Source of the DNA: Klebsiella phage KpLz-2_45
Strand: one strand, 5' to 3'
Sequence record: MN871446.1
Length of the DNA: 64,000 bases
Shown here: positions 1-10,810 of the stretch, piece by piece
Numbering within the stretch: position 1 is the stretch's first letter
How the letters are laid out: every line of letters begins with the position of its first letter
Notes under the pieces: generated by a model
What the model was told of the DNA's origin: nothing
Database searches by the model: none
Seen by the model: only the letters and a program-made list of their open reading frames with translations
Program-made: the position numbers and the translations under genes

Positions 1-657
1 CACAGTGACTTCGAGCATTTTACCCACTGCCAGGTTACTGTTGTCACGTAACGCCTGGAGAGTTTCTTTCGATACCAGTTCAGCGGAAATCGGTTTAGCG
101 CCGCGGGCTGGTTTGTCGTTTTGTTCGTCGATACCCTCATTACTCATCGGATTAGGGTTGTGACCGACGCGCATTGCCTCGGTACTATGAACCGACCAGT
201 TAATGGCCCCGACTTGATTGGCCTTAGCCAAGACATTCATGTTCTCTAAAGACGGCAAACCAAACTTGGTACCGTCCTCAAGCGCGACGGCACCGATGAC
301 GGCGTCAGCAAGGTTGTTCAACGGATCACGTTTCGGATTAAAACGTTCTAAACGTTTAGTGACCGAGATCCCTTTGATTTCGGCAGCAAGGGCGACAGCC
401 TGCATGTAATACCCAGAGAAGATGTTGAGCAGGGTCTGCATCAGATCTTCCATATACGGTTCACGCCATAGATTTTGTTCTACTAACGTGAGTGGCTCAA
501 TACGGGTCGGCTGAGTGTATTCAATGAGTGAATCAGAAAAAACATCACTGGCTCGGTTATTTTTGGCTTCTGCCTTCCAGTTACTACCCGCTGCACCCAC
601 TGCAGTCATCACCGCGGTCATAGTAGGAATGGCAATACTTTCTACTGACAGTTTCAT
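1..657 (-). CDS. hypothetical protein, N-terminal part (gene runs off the window start)
   Basis: ATG at 657 preceded by RBS GAGGAAA; open frame continues to position 1; not in the ORF table because it is incomplete. Confidence 0.5.
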   Translation of the reverse strand, partial: MKLSVESIAIPTMTAVMTAVGAAGSNWKAEAKNNRASDVFSDSLIEYTQPTRIEPLTLVEQNLWREPYMEDLMQTLLNIFSGYYMQAVALAAEIKGISVTKRLERFNPKRDPLNNLADAVIGAVALEDGTKFGLPSLENMNVLAKANQVGAINWSVHSTEAMRVGHNPNPMSNEGIDEQNDKPARGAKPISAELVSKETLQALRDNSNLAVGKMLEVTV

Positions 658-692
658 CTAGTTTCCTCTGTGTTAAATAAAGGAGTGGAGTA

Positions 693-1868
693 ATGGCTTC
701 ATATAACCAAATCATGCAAGACAACCTGGACCTCGTTTTTCGTGCGGGTGGTCTGGGTTCTCGTCGTGCTGCGGCCTATGAAATGTTGTTCGGGTTAAAT
801 TATCGAGCAAGAGGACAGGTCGTTCCGGCGCAACGAGATCAGGTAGGTCTCACATTTTTTACTCGTCCAGACCTGAACTTACACAGGGACAACGTTACAC
901 AAGATAGGACGCTGACCGATTTGATTTCCACTGACGAGATCACGTATCCTCGTGCGATTCGTGCGATTCTCGACCCCGTGGGCTCAAGTGATCCTAACTT
1001 TGATTACAGTTGTAAGTTGGTCAATCCACGTAACCCTTTCATGTGCGTTTTAACGAATACCTTAAAAAGCGTTTCAGGTTTCCCTGACAACGCCATTGGT
1101 AAATACACCAGTAATGAAGGGATTGCCGGTGAACAATGGGGGATGGCAGACGGCTATTACAACATCCGTGGTAACTATCAATTGACAGCTTCATTCGCTA
1201 ACGTTGACGGTTCCCCGGTTCTCAGACTCTTCGATGTCTGGGAACGCTATATGGAAAATATCCGCACCAAAAAGATGAAGCCGTGGAGCCGAAATATTTA
1301 CCGTAATCGAATGGATTACACCACACGTATTTATCGTCTGATATTGGACCCCGGTCGGCGCTTTGTTCAACAGATTGGAGCCACCGGTTATGCGTTCCCT
1401 ATCACTAACCCACGTGGCGGTGTCATGAACTTTGATGCGGACGATAACTACGACCGCAGTACGGATCTGATTTCCATTCAGTTTGACGCTTACGGTGCGA
1501 TTTATGACGATCCGTTATTGATTCGTCAATTTAATAAAGTCGTGGCCATGTTTAACCCGGATCTGCGTATCATCAATGAAACCAGTTTAAACAAAAGTAA
1601 TATCGCGGTGAAGAGTAACAACTATTATCGTGTCACTCCCGATCAACGAGAATACCTGAACTATTATTGTTACCCTCTCATTCATCCGTATACTCGAGAA
1701 CTCTGCTGGTTTATCGAGAAACCGATTTACGACTTAATCATGGCGAACAATTACGCTGTTCCTAACTACGACTATAACGCACTCCCTAACGATACTGATG
1801 ACACTTATACCGGTTATCAGTCTAATGTTTGGGATACCCTTGACCTCACGAAATCAGGAGACAATTAA
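693..1868 (+). CDS. hypothetical protein (possible virion structural protein)
   Basis: 391 aa ORF; RBS AAGGAG upstream; TAATG overlap with the next gene. Confidence 0.6.
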   Translation: MASYNQIMQDNLDLVFRAGGLGSRRAAAYEMLFGLNYRARGQVVPAQRDQVGLTFFTRPDLNLHRDNVTQDRTLTDLISTDEITYPRAIRAILDPVGSSDPNFDYSCKLVNPRNPFMCVLTNTLKSVSGFPDNAIGKYTSNEGIAGEQWGMADGYYNIRGNYQLTASFANVDGSPVLRLFDVWERYMENIRTKKMKPWSRNIYRNRMDYTTRIYRLILDPGRRFVQQIGATGYAFPITNPRGGVMNFDADDNYDRSTDLISIQFDAYGAIYDDPLLIRQFNKVVAMFNPDLRIINETSLNKSNIAVKSNNYYRVTPDQREYLNYYCYPLIHPYTRELCWFIEKPIYDLIMANNYAVPNYDYNALPNDTDDTYTGYQSNVWDTLDLTKSGDN

Positions 1869-4774
1869 TGTCTGATTACGACGTTAGTGCGGCGTTAGCG
1901 CGCGCACCGATTAACCCGGAATCCTTTCAGCGTGTAGGGATCGAATTCCTGACGAGCAAATTGAACGGTGACTCGTTAGTGGATGTAAATGCGCCCGCTA
2001 TTCACTTGCTCGAAGCGAGCAGTTCGATGGCGGCTTATCATATCCAAGAAAACTTTGCGTTAGACCGTCGCCATTATCGTTTACTTGCGCAGAACTACAT
2101 GGACCTTTATGGCCATCTTTCTGACGTTGATTACCTCGGTCGTTTTAGTTCACCGGGGAAAGTCACCATGCGGTACACTGTGAGCTACGATGACATTATT
2201 GCCAGCATGATCGAGGTCCCTGACACCAACCTGAAACGCGTGGTGATTCCGCGTTACACTGAAGTCAGACCAGGCGGTGATTACCCGTTAACGCTTCTCT
2301 ACCCGATTGAGATTCGACAGCTCCCGCATGACGGTTTACAAGTGGTGTTCAACACCGACGAGACCAGTCCGATTCAAACTTTGACTGATAACGTTCTGAA
2401 CTGGCAGTTCTTAAAAGACGCCACGAGCGATCAAGCAACTTATTTGCAGATTGAGATCCCCATGTTCCAGTTGGCCAGGAACAGTATCATCGAACAGATC
2501 TCCGACGGTAATTCTCGTTTCGCGGTACCGTTCACTGACAAATATTACTACGCCCGTGTTTTCCAGGGAACAAGCGGAAATTGGAAAGAACTCGGTACTA
2601 CGCACTCTCTTCAGGTTTACGACGCATCGTCTCCCACGGCGGTATTGCAAGTAGGCGACGGGGTTCTTAACGTTACGATCCCGCCTATCTATTACACAGC
2701 GGGCTTAGTCTCTGGTAACCTTCGTATCGACGTTTATACTACGCAAGGCGAGATCTACGAAGACCTGACTAACTTCGCAACCGAGAAGTTTCAGATCACC
2801 TGGGGAAAAGACGCCGAGATTCCTGATCTCGACAACTACTCATCGAGTATTCCTAACCTCCCTTATGCGTGGACGTCGACAGAAGCGATCACTGGGGGAT
2901 CAGACGGTTTGACGTTTGAGGAACTTCGTGAAAGAAGTATTTTTAACGTTTCTAATAGCGTAGATAATACTCCTATTACTCCGGCACAAATTTCTGCACG
3001 CTTGAATTTGTTAGGGTTTGATATTGTCAAATCCAGAGATGACATTGTTGATCGTCTTTATCTGGCGACCACGAATATGCCTACTGCACCGGAATCAATT
3101 CTCAATGCAGGGATTCCCGCAGCGATGACGACGCTTCAAACCAGTATTGAAAAGTTAACGAAAGTCCAGGGTGTTTACGATAACGGTGATCGTATTACGT
3201 TATCGCCGGAAGTGCTCTTCTCGTTAACTAACGGGGTGTTATCACTGGTCGATAATAACATGCGACCGGAAGTACTGTATAAAACCCCGGAAACATTTGT
3301 CAATGGAATCAACCAAGCGAACTACGCGTTTACTCCGTTCCATTACGTATTAGATACGAGTTCGAATGCGTTCTCATTACGACCGTATTACCTGCAAAAC
3401 CCGGAACAAACCAAACGCCGTTTTATCCGTGACAACGCCACGCTCCTGATTGACGTCAGTACAACCGGTTTCAACATCACCCGTACGACAACAGGCTACC
3501 GACTGACCATTGCTTGCACAGTGGGGCAGAGTTACTTAAACATCGAGGCAAGTAACCGTCATGTTCAGTTGGCCTTTATCCCTGCCGGGGAAAACGCTTA
3601 TGCTTATCTGAACGGAACCTTTATGGGGATTACCGGGAAAACGGCAGTCTGGGCGTTTGACTTTAAAACCAACTTCGATCTGGACAGTGACAACAATCTC
3701 ATTATCACCAACTTCAGTATCTTTGAGGAAGAACCGCGTAAACTGGCATTACCGTTAGAAACGGAGTTTATGTTATTACATGCGGTCAGCGGTGATGTTG
3801 ACGACGGTTATCAGTATTCGGCGATCGACGGATTGCTCGGTGAGTTTTTACTCCCTGACGACACGAAAGGGATCTCGCAAGAGTTTGTTACGCTGAAATT
3901 TGGTACAGCGTTAGAACGACTCTGGCACGGTGCACGTAACGTAGCCGGTTCTTACGTTTATCAGACCTACGCAAGTGACGTCTACGATTATTACACCGCA
4001 GACATCCCGGAATACGATGCAAACGGTGTCCCGGTCTTTGTCATTGAAAATGGTCAACCGGTGATCTCTTATGCTCACAAATCAGGGGATCAAAAAGTGG
4101 ATGGTTCGGGTAACCCGATTGTCTTACATAAGGCGGGCGACCCCGTTTTAGACAGTGGCGGTAATCCGGTTCCCGTATCCGCAAGACCGGTACTTCGTCT
4201 CATCGATCTCTTGATCTTTGACGGTAACTACGCCTACGTCTCTCAGGATACGGATTTGACAGATTTGAAATGGACAGCAAATAATCTGGCTAATACACAA
4301 CTCGAGAAATTAGCGGAATTAGGAAACGCAGTCCTGGAGAAAACCAATATCTACCTCTACCCGAAACGCGGCTTCGGTCCAATTTCGGTTGTCGTTGATG
4401 ACGGGGTGGAGAAAGTTATTGACTCGTCACTGACCTTTTCCGTGAAGTTCTATTTAACTGGGACGGCGTATCGTGATATGGACTACCGGGCTGCGTTACA
4501 AACGTTGACTGCGAAGATTCTGAACGATGGTATCCGAAACGAAACCGTTTCTGTCTCAACACTGGTTACGTTGTTGAAACCACAGCTCGATGAGAACGTA
4601 GTCGGCTTTGATATCAACATGTACGCACAAGGGACGGAGATGACCACCTTCACGCTTTCTGACGCATCGGTTCAACCTACCATTGATCGGGTGATTGAAT
4701 ACACCGAGGACGGTAAATACGCCGTGAAAGAAAACATTGAGTTTCTGTTTAAAAACCATACGGTAAGTAACTAA
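1868..4774 (+). CDS. large hypothetical protein (possible virion structural protein)
   Basis: 968 aa ORF translationally coupled to the upstream gene; followed by a hairpin terminator. Confidence 0.6.
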   Translation: MSDYDVSAALARAPINPESFQRVGIEFLTSKLNGDSLVDVNAPAIHLLEASSSMAAYHIQENFALDRRHYRLLAQNYMDLYGHLSDVDYLGRFSSPGKVTMRYTVSYDDIIASMIEVPDTNLKRVVIPRYTEVRPGGDYPLTLLYPIEIRQLPHDGLQVVFNTDETSPIQTLTDNVLNWQFLKDATSDQATYLQIEIPMFQLARNSIIEQISDGNSRFAVPFTDKYYYARVFQGTSGNWKELGTTHSLQVYDASSPTAVLQVGDGVLNVTIPPIYYTAGLVSGNLRIDVYTTQGEIYEDLTNFATEKFQITWGKDAEIPDLDNYSSSIPNLPYAWTSTEAITGGSDGLTFEELRERSIFNVSNSVDNTPITPAQISARLNLLGFDIVKSRDDIVDRLYLATTNMPTAPESILNAGIPAAMTTLQTSIEKLTKVQGVYDNGDRITLSPEVLFSLTNGVLSLVDNNMRPEVLYKTPETFVNGINQANYAFTPFHYVLDTSSNAFSLRPYYLQNPEQTKRRFIRDNATLLIDVSTTGFNITRTTTGYRLTIACTVGQSYLNIEASNRHVQLAFIPAGENAYAYLNGTFMGITGKTAVWAFDFKTNFDLDSDNNLIITNFSIFEEEPRKLALPLETEFMLLHAVSGDVDDGYQYSAIDGLLGEFLLPDDTKGISQEFVTLKFGTALERLWHGARNVAGSYVYQTYASDVYDYYTADIPEYDANGVPVFVIENGQPVISYAHKSGDQKVDGSGNPIVLHKAGDPVLDSGGNPVPVSARPVLRLIDLLIFDGNYAYVSQDTDLTDLKWTANNLANTQLEKLAELGNAVLEKTNIYLYPKRGFGPISVVVDDGVEKVIDSSLTFSVKFYLTGTAYRDMDYRAALQTLTAKILNDGIRNETVSVSTLVTLLKPQLDENVVGFDINMYAQGTEMTTFTLSDASVQPTIDRVIEYTEDGKYAVKENIEFLFKNHTVSN

Positions 4775-4780
4775 AGCACA

Positions 4781-4815
4781 TAGACTGAGAGGCGAATGCC
4801 TCTCAGTCTATTTAT
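4781..4815. terminator. bidirectional hairpin terminator between convergent genes
   Basis: tagactgagagg-cgaat-gcctctcagtcta perfect 12 bp stem followed by TTTAT. Confidence 0.6.
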
Positions 4816-6050
4816 CACGCATCGGTAGATTCGGGTTGTGCACTAACCATGTAGATGTAAAGCCGTTTCAACCAGCGGCGGTTGTCATCGTAAAAATCCA
4901 GTGAGACGTCCGTCACAAATTGCAGAATGGTCAAACATTCATGGACATGTTCACTGACGTGACGGATCTGCTGAACAACGGTTTTATCACGGTCGTTATA
5001 CTTCGACTGCTCAACTAACTTCTCGGTCGCTGACAATGAAGCATGTACCCGCTTTGAAACCGCAATGATTCGATCACCATCGGCATCGCTGAACAGTAAC
5101 GGGGAGGTTTCGACTTTTAAGTTATCGTACGCATGTTTACAAAGGTCGGCGATCTTGGTGCTGTCAAAAGCAATATCATTATTGACGGCGACTTCTTTAA
5201 GATCGGCCAACGTTTGATAACCGCTTTTGATTTTTTCCAGCGTACTATCACCTTCTGCGTTCAACAACTTAAAGATCTTCTCGAGATCCGTTGACTTAAA
5301 CCCGGTGCTCTCTGCGGAAGTGATCTCGTGACCCTCGTCCCACTTCCCAGTTACTACAGCCTTCACTAACGCTTCAAGGCGGTCCACGTTCGTCTCGAGA
5401 TAGTCAACGATTTTACCCGGATGTCTAATAAAGGCACCGAGTGCTTTGTGCAAGTTTGTATCCGTGATCGCCCTGGCGCTATATTGGCTGTAGTTATCGT
5501 TGATGGCGGCAGCGATAGGGGAAAGCTTTTCGTCGTTAACGATTTCTTCTTTGCTGCGCATCTTAAACTGGAAGCCCAGTTCGTCAACCTTTTTCAGAAA
5601 CGCATCAGTCTCTTCCCGTTTGACCTTCCCGATTGCCTTGTTAAAAAATTCACCAAAGGCTTTGATTTTCTCACCCACCCATTTTAACGCCCGTTTGATC
5701 ATGCTTAAAATGGAATGACCGATCTGTTTAATGATCTCTTCACAGGCGACGTTCTGTTGTGTTTTGGAACGCTTCAGGGTATAGGAGTTAGTCGGGTAAT
5801 GATCGGGGAAGGGGAGAATATTCAGAGCTTCCACTGCCGCCATACTGGCACGATCAACACCGTTCTTCTCCACGTCTTCGAGTGTCTCTTCCAGTGCCTC
5901 AAGTTGCGCATCGTCACCCACACGTTTCACCATGTAAAATGACCACTGGTTATTTAACTCCATGACGATATCGCGGAGATTTTTACCGTCCTCACCGACA
6001 AACGTGAATACGCCGGGTACCGGCTTCACAATTTGATTATTCGTTTCCAT
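4815..6050 (-). CDS. hypothetical protein
   Basis: 411 aa ORF; 14 nt overlap with the downstream gene. Confidence 0.55.
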   Translation of the reverse strand: METNNQIVKPVPGVFTFVGEDGKNLRDIVMELNNQWSFYMVKRVGDDAQLEALEETLEDVEKNGVDRASMAAVEALNILPFPDHYPTNSYTLKRSKTQQNVACEEIIKQIGHSILSMIKRALKWVGEKIKAFGEFFNKAIGKVKREETDAFLKKVDELGFQFKMRSKEEIVNDEKLSPIAAAINDNYSQYSARAITDTNLHKALGAFIRHPGKIVDYLETNVDRLEALVKAVVTGKWDEGHEITSAESTGFKSTDLEKIFKLLNAEGDSTLEKIKSGYQTLADLKEVAVNNDIAFDSTKIADLCKHAYDNLKVETSPLLFSDADGDRIIAVSKRVHASLSATEKLVEQSKYNDRDKTVVQQIRHVSEHVHECLTILQFVTDVSLDFYDDNRRWLKRLYIYMVSAQPESTDA

Positions 6051-7056
6051 TGTCTTGGTTCTCGCTTAAAATGGGTTTCAGCTTAATCATAATGACGGCT
6101 TTGAGAGCGGTATCTTTCTCTGCGTCTAATTGTAATTTTAGATATTGACGCTGGATCGTTAAAGCGCTCTCTTGGACAGAAAGGTGCGTATCCAAAAGGA
6201 ACATTAAAAGACGAATCTGTTCGGCTGTCCGTGTCCAAGCTTGGAGCAACGGTGTTTTCGCTTCGGCCAGTAAAGTTTTAATTAGCGTGTTTTTTACAAT
6301 ATTGAAACGAAGCGCCAAAACCTGGGATTTAACTTCATCTACGCCTTCTCGAATAACTTCCGGGATAAACTCTCTGAGGTTCTGAATAGGGTCATTGGTC
6401 AAATAACTGTTTGGCCAACAGACCTCGTTACCTGAGGTTGGGATGAAGTTTTCTTCGATAGTAGGGAGAAGCGATTCGCTGACGTCACGGTTCCGTAATT
6501 GACGGCAATGTAAATCAAAATGTTTGTGGTAATTCTGGTCGCGGCATTTCTCTAAATTCGAGAAGGTTTCCGCAATGAGTTCTGGGTCGTTATCGAGTAA
6601 CGGATGGATTACCCCGGAAGAAAAACTTCGTGTTCCTTGAATAAGGTCAGGGAGATCCATGTAGATCGTTTTAACGGCCGAAAAATACTCTTCAACCAAA
6701 ACACCGTTACGATAAAATTGATCAGTGAACCCAGTGCGTTTCGCATTGAGTGCCTGAATCGCAACTTTTAAACCCGGATCATCAATCGGCGTATGCGGGC
6801 GAACCGTTCGCATGTACACCAGACAATCATTGATTAAGGTATTCTGTTCGATAAGATTATCGAGTGCTTTCTTGGCGCTAAAGAATAACGCAAGTCCCTC
6901 ATCTACGTAATGTATCTTCGGTAAAAAGACATCGAGCACTGAAGCGCTCGATTGCGCTTCAGTATCCGTAGATTTATCACTGACCATCTCCGCGATTCGA
7001 CAACGAAGACCAGGAGGGAAATGCGGGCGCTGATATTCCAACGTAGTGATGGTCAT
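6037..7056 (-). CDS. hypothetical protein
   Basis: 339 aa ORF in a minus-strand operon 8838 to 4815. Confidence 0.55.
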   Translation of the reverse strand: MTITTLEYQRPHFPPGLRCRIAEMVSDKSTDTEAQSSASVLDVFLPKIHYVDEGLALFFSAKKALDNLIEQNTLINDCLVYMRTVRPHTPIDDPGLKVAIQALNAKRTGFTDQFYRNGVLVEEYFSAVKTIYMDLPDLIQGTRSFSSGVIHPLLDNDPELIAETFSNLEKCRDQNYHKHFDLHCRQLRNRDVSESLLPTIEENFIPTSGNEVCWPNSYLTNDPIQNLREFIPEVIREGVDEVKSQVLALRFNIVKNTLIKTLLAEAKTPLLQAWTRTAEQIRLLMFLLDTHLSVQESALTIQRQYLKLQLDAEKDTALKAVIMIKLKPILSENQDNGNE

Positions 7057-7068
7057 CTTTTTAAACCC

Positions 7069-7530
7069 TTATTTCACTGCCGCTCCCGGACGCGACATAT
7101 CGAGAATAACCGGGGTGATCTTGTCCTTCAATAAGAAGGCGGCATTTGCAACAACCGAGTAGTCCATCCCGTCACCTGCGTATTGCGCCAGGAATACCGC
7201 AGCAGGCGTATTACCGGTCAGTACCGCTTCCACCTCGGCTTGGGTATGGACATGACAGGCACGGTAGCGCCCTAACCACACTTCGTGAACGCCGGCCTGT
7301 ACCAGATTAATATCCACCAGGAAACGTTCGTTAAATTCAGAAACAAACTGGGTGACCTTCCAGCGGTATTGTTCCTGGTACCAAACTGCCGGGTTTTCAA
7401 CGGCGGCATTAGGTAAAGGTAAGGCGTACCCCAAACCGATAGCCAGCGCCAGAGAAAGTCTGACTTTGTCGACACCAACCACTTTAGTCAGCGGTTCAAC
7501 GATGTCTTGGACGAATTGACGATTCATCAT
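7069..7530 (-). CDS. hypothetical protein
   Basis: 153 aa ORF tightly packed in the operon. Confidence 0.5.
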   Translation of the reverse strand: MMNRQFVQDIVEPLTKVVGVDKVRLSLALAIGLGYALPLPNAAVENPAVWYQEQYRWKVTQFVSEFNERFLVDINLVQAGVHEVWLGRYRACHVHTQAEVEAVLTGNTPAAVFLAQYAGDGMDYSVVANAAFLLKDKITPVILDMSRPGAAVK

Positions 7531-7536
7531 TAATCC

Positions 7537-8838
7537 TTATTTCAACGTGTTGAGTAAATTCGCAGCAGCGAAGAGATTGTTATTCGCCACGGCTTGGAGA
7601 TCTTGCAGTAAGATACGTTTTTCTTTTTGGTCGCGTAACTTACTCGAGAAGAACAACCAGAGTTTTTCATAATAGCTTTCTTCATCGAGATTACTTTTCA
7701 GATTGGCAATAACATCGATATTCTGACTCAGCTCCACACGTTCTTCAGGCAGAAGACCAGGTTCTTTCATCCGTTGGATAATATCCTGACGTAACCTTTC
7801 TAAACGCTCGTCTGCTTTATCGTAAACGCGATCTACGGGTTTGATTAAAAGTACCAGTAGTTCAATGTATTTACGGAAGTTAAAACCGAACTTGTTTACC
7901 GCAAAACCAAGAATGAAGAAGAACCGAATAATTTTCATTCCCCATAACTGGAAATGATCTTTGAGTGTTTTCTCGGTCATGTTCTTTTGGATTTTATCCA
8001 ACCCAGTGGCCAGCGGTACGGTCAAACCCATACGGGAAGAAAATTGGTCGGACAGACTCTCCCATGATCGCATGTCGTAAATGCTGGCACCGAATTCAGA
8101 CTTCGTTTGGTCGTAAATATCAGAGAAAATCGAAATGGCCAATACGTCAGGATTGATGTCTTCCTCGGCGACGACATCAAGATTGCTGATTTTAATCCCG
8201 GAGAAGTTTTCCACGCCCATCAGAATTTTGACTTTTTCTTCTGGTGAATTCGATTTCTCAAGACGTTTAACTGTATCAACAAGGATAAAGCAGGTACTGA
8301 AAGTATAAGCCAGGGTCTCGAGATACGTAAAGATGTGACCGACTTCATGGAGAATGATAGCGACCACTTCGTCTGGGTTAACATCCGGGCTAGAGATTAA
8401 CTCTTGGGTCACCATCACCGAACACGGCATTTCCTGGAAAAACCCGCCTACTGTCGCTGTGGCACGGTTCACCCAACCTACCCCATTATTGAGGTTCTTA
8501 TCTATTGCGGCTTTACCGGCACCCGCGTGACCAAGTTGATTGCTGTACGTTCTGACCATCACGCTGTTTTTAACAATAGACGGGGTTTGGGCGATGGCGT
8601 TGAAACCTCTTTCCGGGATTATTTGGAACGTGAGTCCTTTCAGTTTGAAACGGTCTCTCAGGATTCGTTGAAAAATCGTGCAGAATGCTTTGTTTACTTT
8701 TTCATTTACCTCACCGTTACTCTCTGTACGGTAGTCTTCTATCGTAATGATCAGTTTCTTACAAACAGGGTCGTAGCCCTGAAAATCAATTGACTCAAAT
8801 GCAGGCAGTGAGAGTCGGGTAATTTTTTCATCTAACAT
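7537..8838 (-). CDS. zinc metallopeptidase-like protein (HExxH)
   Basis: ILHEVGH motif (HExxH zinc-binding signature) in a 433 aa ORF. Confidence 0.5.
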   Translation of the reverse strand: MLDEKITRLSLPAFESIDFQGYDPVCKKLIITIEDYRTESNGEVNEKVNKAFCTIFQRILRDRFKLKGLTFQIIPERGFNAIAQTPSIVKNSVMVRTYSNQLGHAGAGKAAIDKNLNNGVGWVNRATATVGGFFQEMPCSVMVTQELISSPDVNPDEVVAIILHEVGHIFTYLETLAYTFSTCFILVDTVKRLEKSNSPEEKVKILMGVENFSGIKISNLDVVAEEDINPDVLAISIFSDIYDQTKSEFGASIYDMRSWESLSDQFSSRMGLTVPLATGLDKIQKNMTEKTLKDHFQLWGMKIIRFFFILGFAVNKFGFNFRKYIELLVLLIKPVDRVYDKADERLERLRQDIIQRMKEPGLLPEERVELSQNIDVIANLKSNLDEESYYEKLWLFFSSKLRDQKEKRILLQDLQAVANNNLFAAANLLNTLK

Positions 8839-8964
8839 TTCGTGGCTCCTCAGGGGAAAGCGCTACCATAAAGGAAGGGTTACACAAGAAAGCGACACGC
8901 TCCAAAAAGAAGACGCTATCTATTCCTGTAGACCTTGAAAGTTTGACTCAGGAACCAGCCCGTT

Positions 8965-10701
8965 ATGAAAAATATTAAGCGCGATGACATTGAAGGTTAT
9001 GAGTTTAAAAACTCCTTTTTTGTTCAGTCTGCCAATACGCCTGGAAGCGACCTATTAGTCGTTAAAGAAATTATTCATCTTAAAAATAAAGAACAAGTCC
9101 CTAATCTTCGTTTTATCAAAGACTTTAAACGTCCTTATTACGTTACTCGTGAGAGCCAACGTAAGTACAAAGAAAAACGTGTTTGGGAAAGCCTTGATAA
9201 TCTGCGCCGTTACGAGTGCACGCAATCAGCCTTAGCCTCTGATATTCAACGCAAATTAAAAACCGGTAGAGGCGGCGTAAAAACACTCAATCGCAACCCA
9301 TATCTTTTTGGTACTGATATCACTAGTTCTGTTCTGATCAAACATCAGTACATGACGAAATTCCCGCACCTTAAAAGTTTATACCGTGTCGCGCATCTCG
9401 ATATTGAATTTGACGTGGTCGACGGAACGAACAGTATCAACATGATCTCGGTGTCCTGTGGTGACCGTGTCTTTCAAGCGATCACTAAAGCCTATATCGG
9501 AACGAGTATTGATTTCGTTGAGAAAGTCAAACAGTGCTACGAAAGGGAAGTTGTCCCTATCCTTCGCGAAGTCGATCAGAAGATAAAGCAGTTTAAAGAT
9601 AAAAAGATTCATCACCATTTTGACCTCGAAATCTACGAAGCCGCTGACGAAGCTGATGCGGTACAATGGATCTTTAATATTCTCCACAATGTCTTAAAAC
9701 CTGATATGCTATCGATTTGGAACCTGCCTTACGATACCAAAAAGATGATGCAGGCATTAGACCGGAGGAATATCCCACGTGAGTACGTTTTCAATGATCC
9801 TTCTATCCCTGACGAGTTTAAGTTCTTTAACCTCAAAGAAGGCGAAGCGAAGATCTTTGACGCGAACGGCGTAGGGGAATCAAAAGACCCATGTGACCGT
9901 TGGCACCGTGTTCAATCTCCAGGGCACTTCTTCTGGGTTGACCAGATGTCTGTTCGTCGTGCTGTTCGTAAACACCTGAACAAAGAACCCTCTTATGCCT
10001 TAGGCGACATTCTGTACAAGGAATTGGGTTTTGGTAAGTTGAAAGGCGATAAGGGCGTTCGTTCCACCGGGATCGACTGGCACAAACACATGCAGCGCGA
10101 AGAAAAAGTTTTCTACTGCGTTTACAACATGTTCGATAACATCGGTGCCCAACTCCTCGACGAGAAAACAGAAGACTTACGTTCTACGTTTCCTGCTCAA
10201 TGCGGATTCAGTGAACTGCAGTCGTACGGTTCTCAAGGTCGTAAACTTGCTGATGACTTTTACTTTGATCTCTTAGAGAAAGGGTACGTCTTAACGGGTA
10301 CGTCCGATAAGATGGAGAAAGAGCTCGACAAGCATCTGGTTCCACTCGATGGTTGGATCTCTACGTTAGCAGCGCATCTTATCCACGAAGAGATGGGGAA
10401 CAAAGTCCTTAAAGAGCACCCGGGTACATTCACTAAGATCGTTAAGTGGGTATTGGACATCGACGTTAAGTCTTCCTATCCTTCTACTGGGGTATGGATG
10501 AACCTGTCGCAAGAAACCACGAAACGGGCGATGTGTAAAATCATTGGGGTCGATTTCGAGGAACAAAGACGGGCAGGGTTGAACTTGTGTGCAGGGAGGG
10601 TCAACTCCGTCGAAATTGTGACAAAGCTCTGTAAAGCGCCTACTCAATTACAGATGCTTCAGCGCTTCTGTAAGGCGAAGGGAATTAAACTTGAGGATTG
10701 A
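8965..10701 (+). CDS. DnaQ-like / family-B DNA polymerase 3'-5' exonuclease domain protein (stand-alone)
   Basis: Exo I-like HLDIEFD, Exo II-like YCVYNMFD and Exo III-like YFDLL motifs in order; no polymerase palm motifs in this ORF. Confidence 0.45.
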   Translation: MKNIKRDDIEGYEFKNSFFVQSANTPGSDLLVVKEIIHLKNKEQVPNLRFIKDFKRPYYVTRESQRKYKEKRVWESLDNLRRYECTQSALASDIQRKLKTGRGGVKTLNRNPYLFGTDITSSVLIKHQYMTKFPHLKSLYRVAHLDIEFDVVDGTNSINMISVSCGDRVFQAITKAYIGTSIDFVEKVKQCYEREVVPILREVDQKIKQFKDKKIHHHFDLEIYEAADEADAVQWIFNILHNVLKPDMLSIWNLPYDTKKMMQALDRRNIPREYVFNDPSIPDEFKFFNLKEGEAKIFDANGVGESKDPCDRWHRVQSPGHFFWVDQMSVRRAVRKHLNKEPSYALGDILYKELGFGKLKGDKGVRSTGIDWHKHMQREEKVFYCVYNMFDNIGAQLLDEKTEDLRSTFPAQCGFSELQSYGSQGRKLADDFYFDLLEKGYVLTGTSDKMEKELDKHLVPLDGWISTLAAHLIHEEMGNKVLKEHPGTFTKIVKWVLDIDVKSSYPSTGVWMNLSQETTKRAMCKIIGVDFEEQRRAGLNLCAGRVNSVEIVTKLCKAPTQLQMLQRFCKAKGIKLED

Positions 10702-10733
10702 TATCAAAAAAGAAAAGTAACGGCACAGAGAGG

Positions 10734-10762
10734 CTACTGGAACCCTTAACGGGGTTCCAGTA
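10734..10762. terminator. bidirectional hairpin terminator
   Basis: ctactggaaccc-ttaac-ggggttccagtag between convergent genes. Confidence 0.55.
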
Positions 10763-10810
10763 GCGATTGTGTCTTTAGTATCGACAAAGAACCGTTTTTC
10801 TATTGCGGGT

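Noticed and set aside
218-409. 63 aa plus-strand ORF
   Set aside because: It lies inside, and antisense to, the partial minus-strand gene 1..657.
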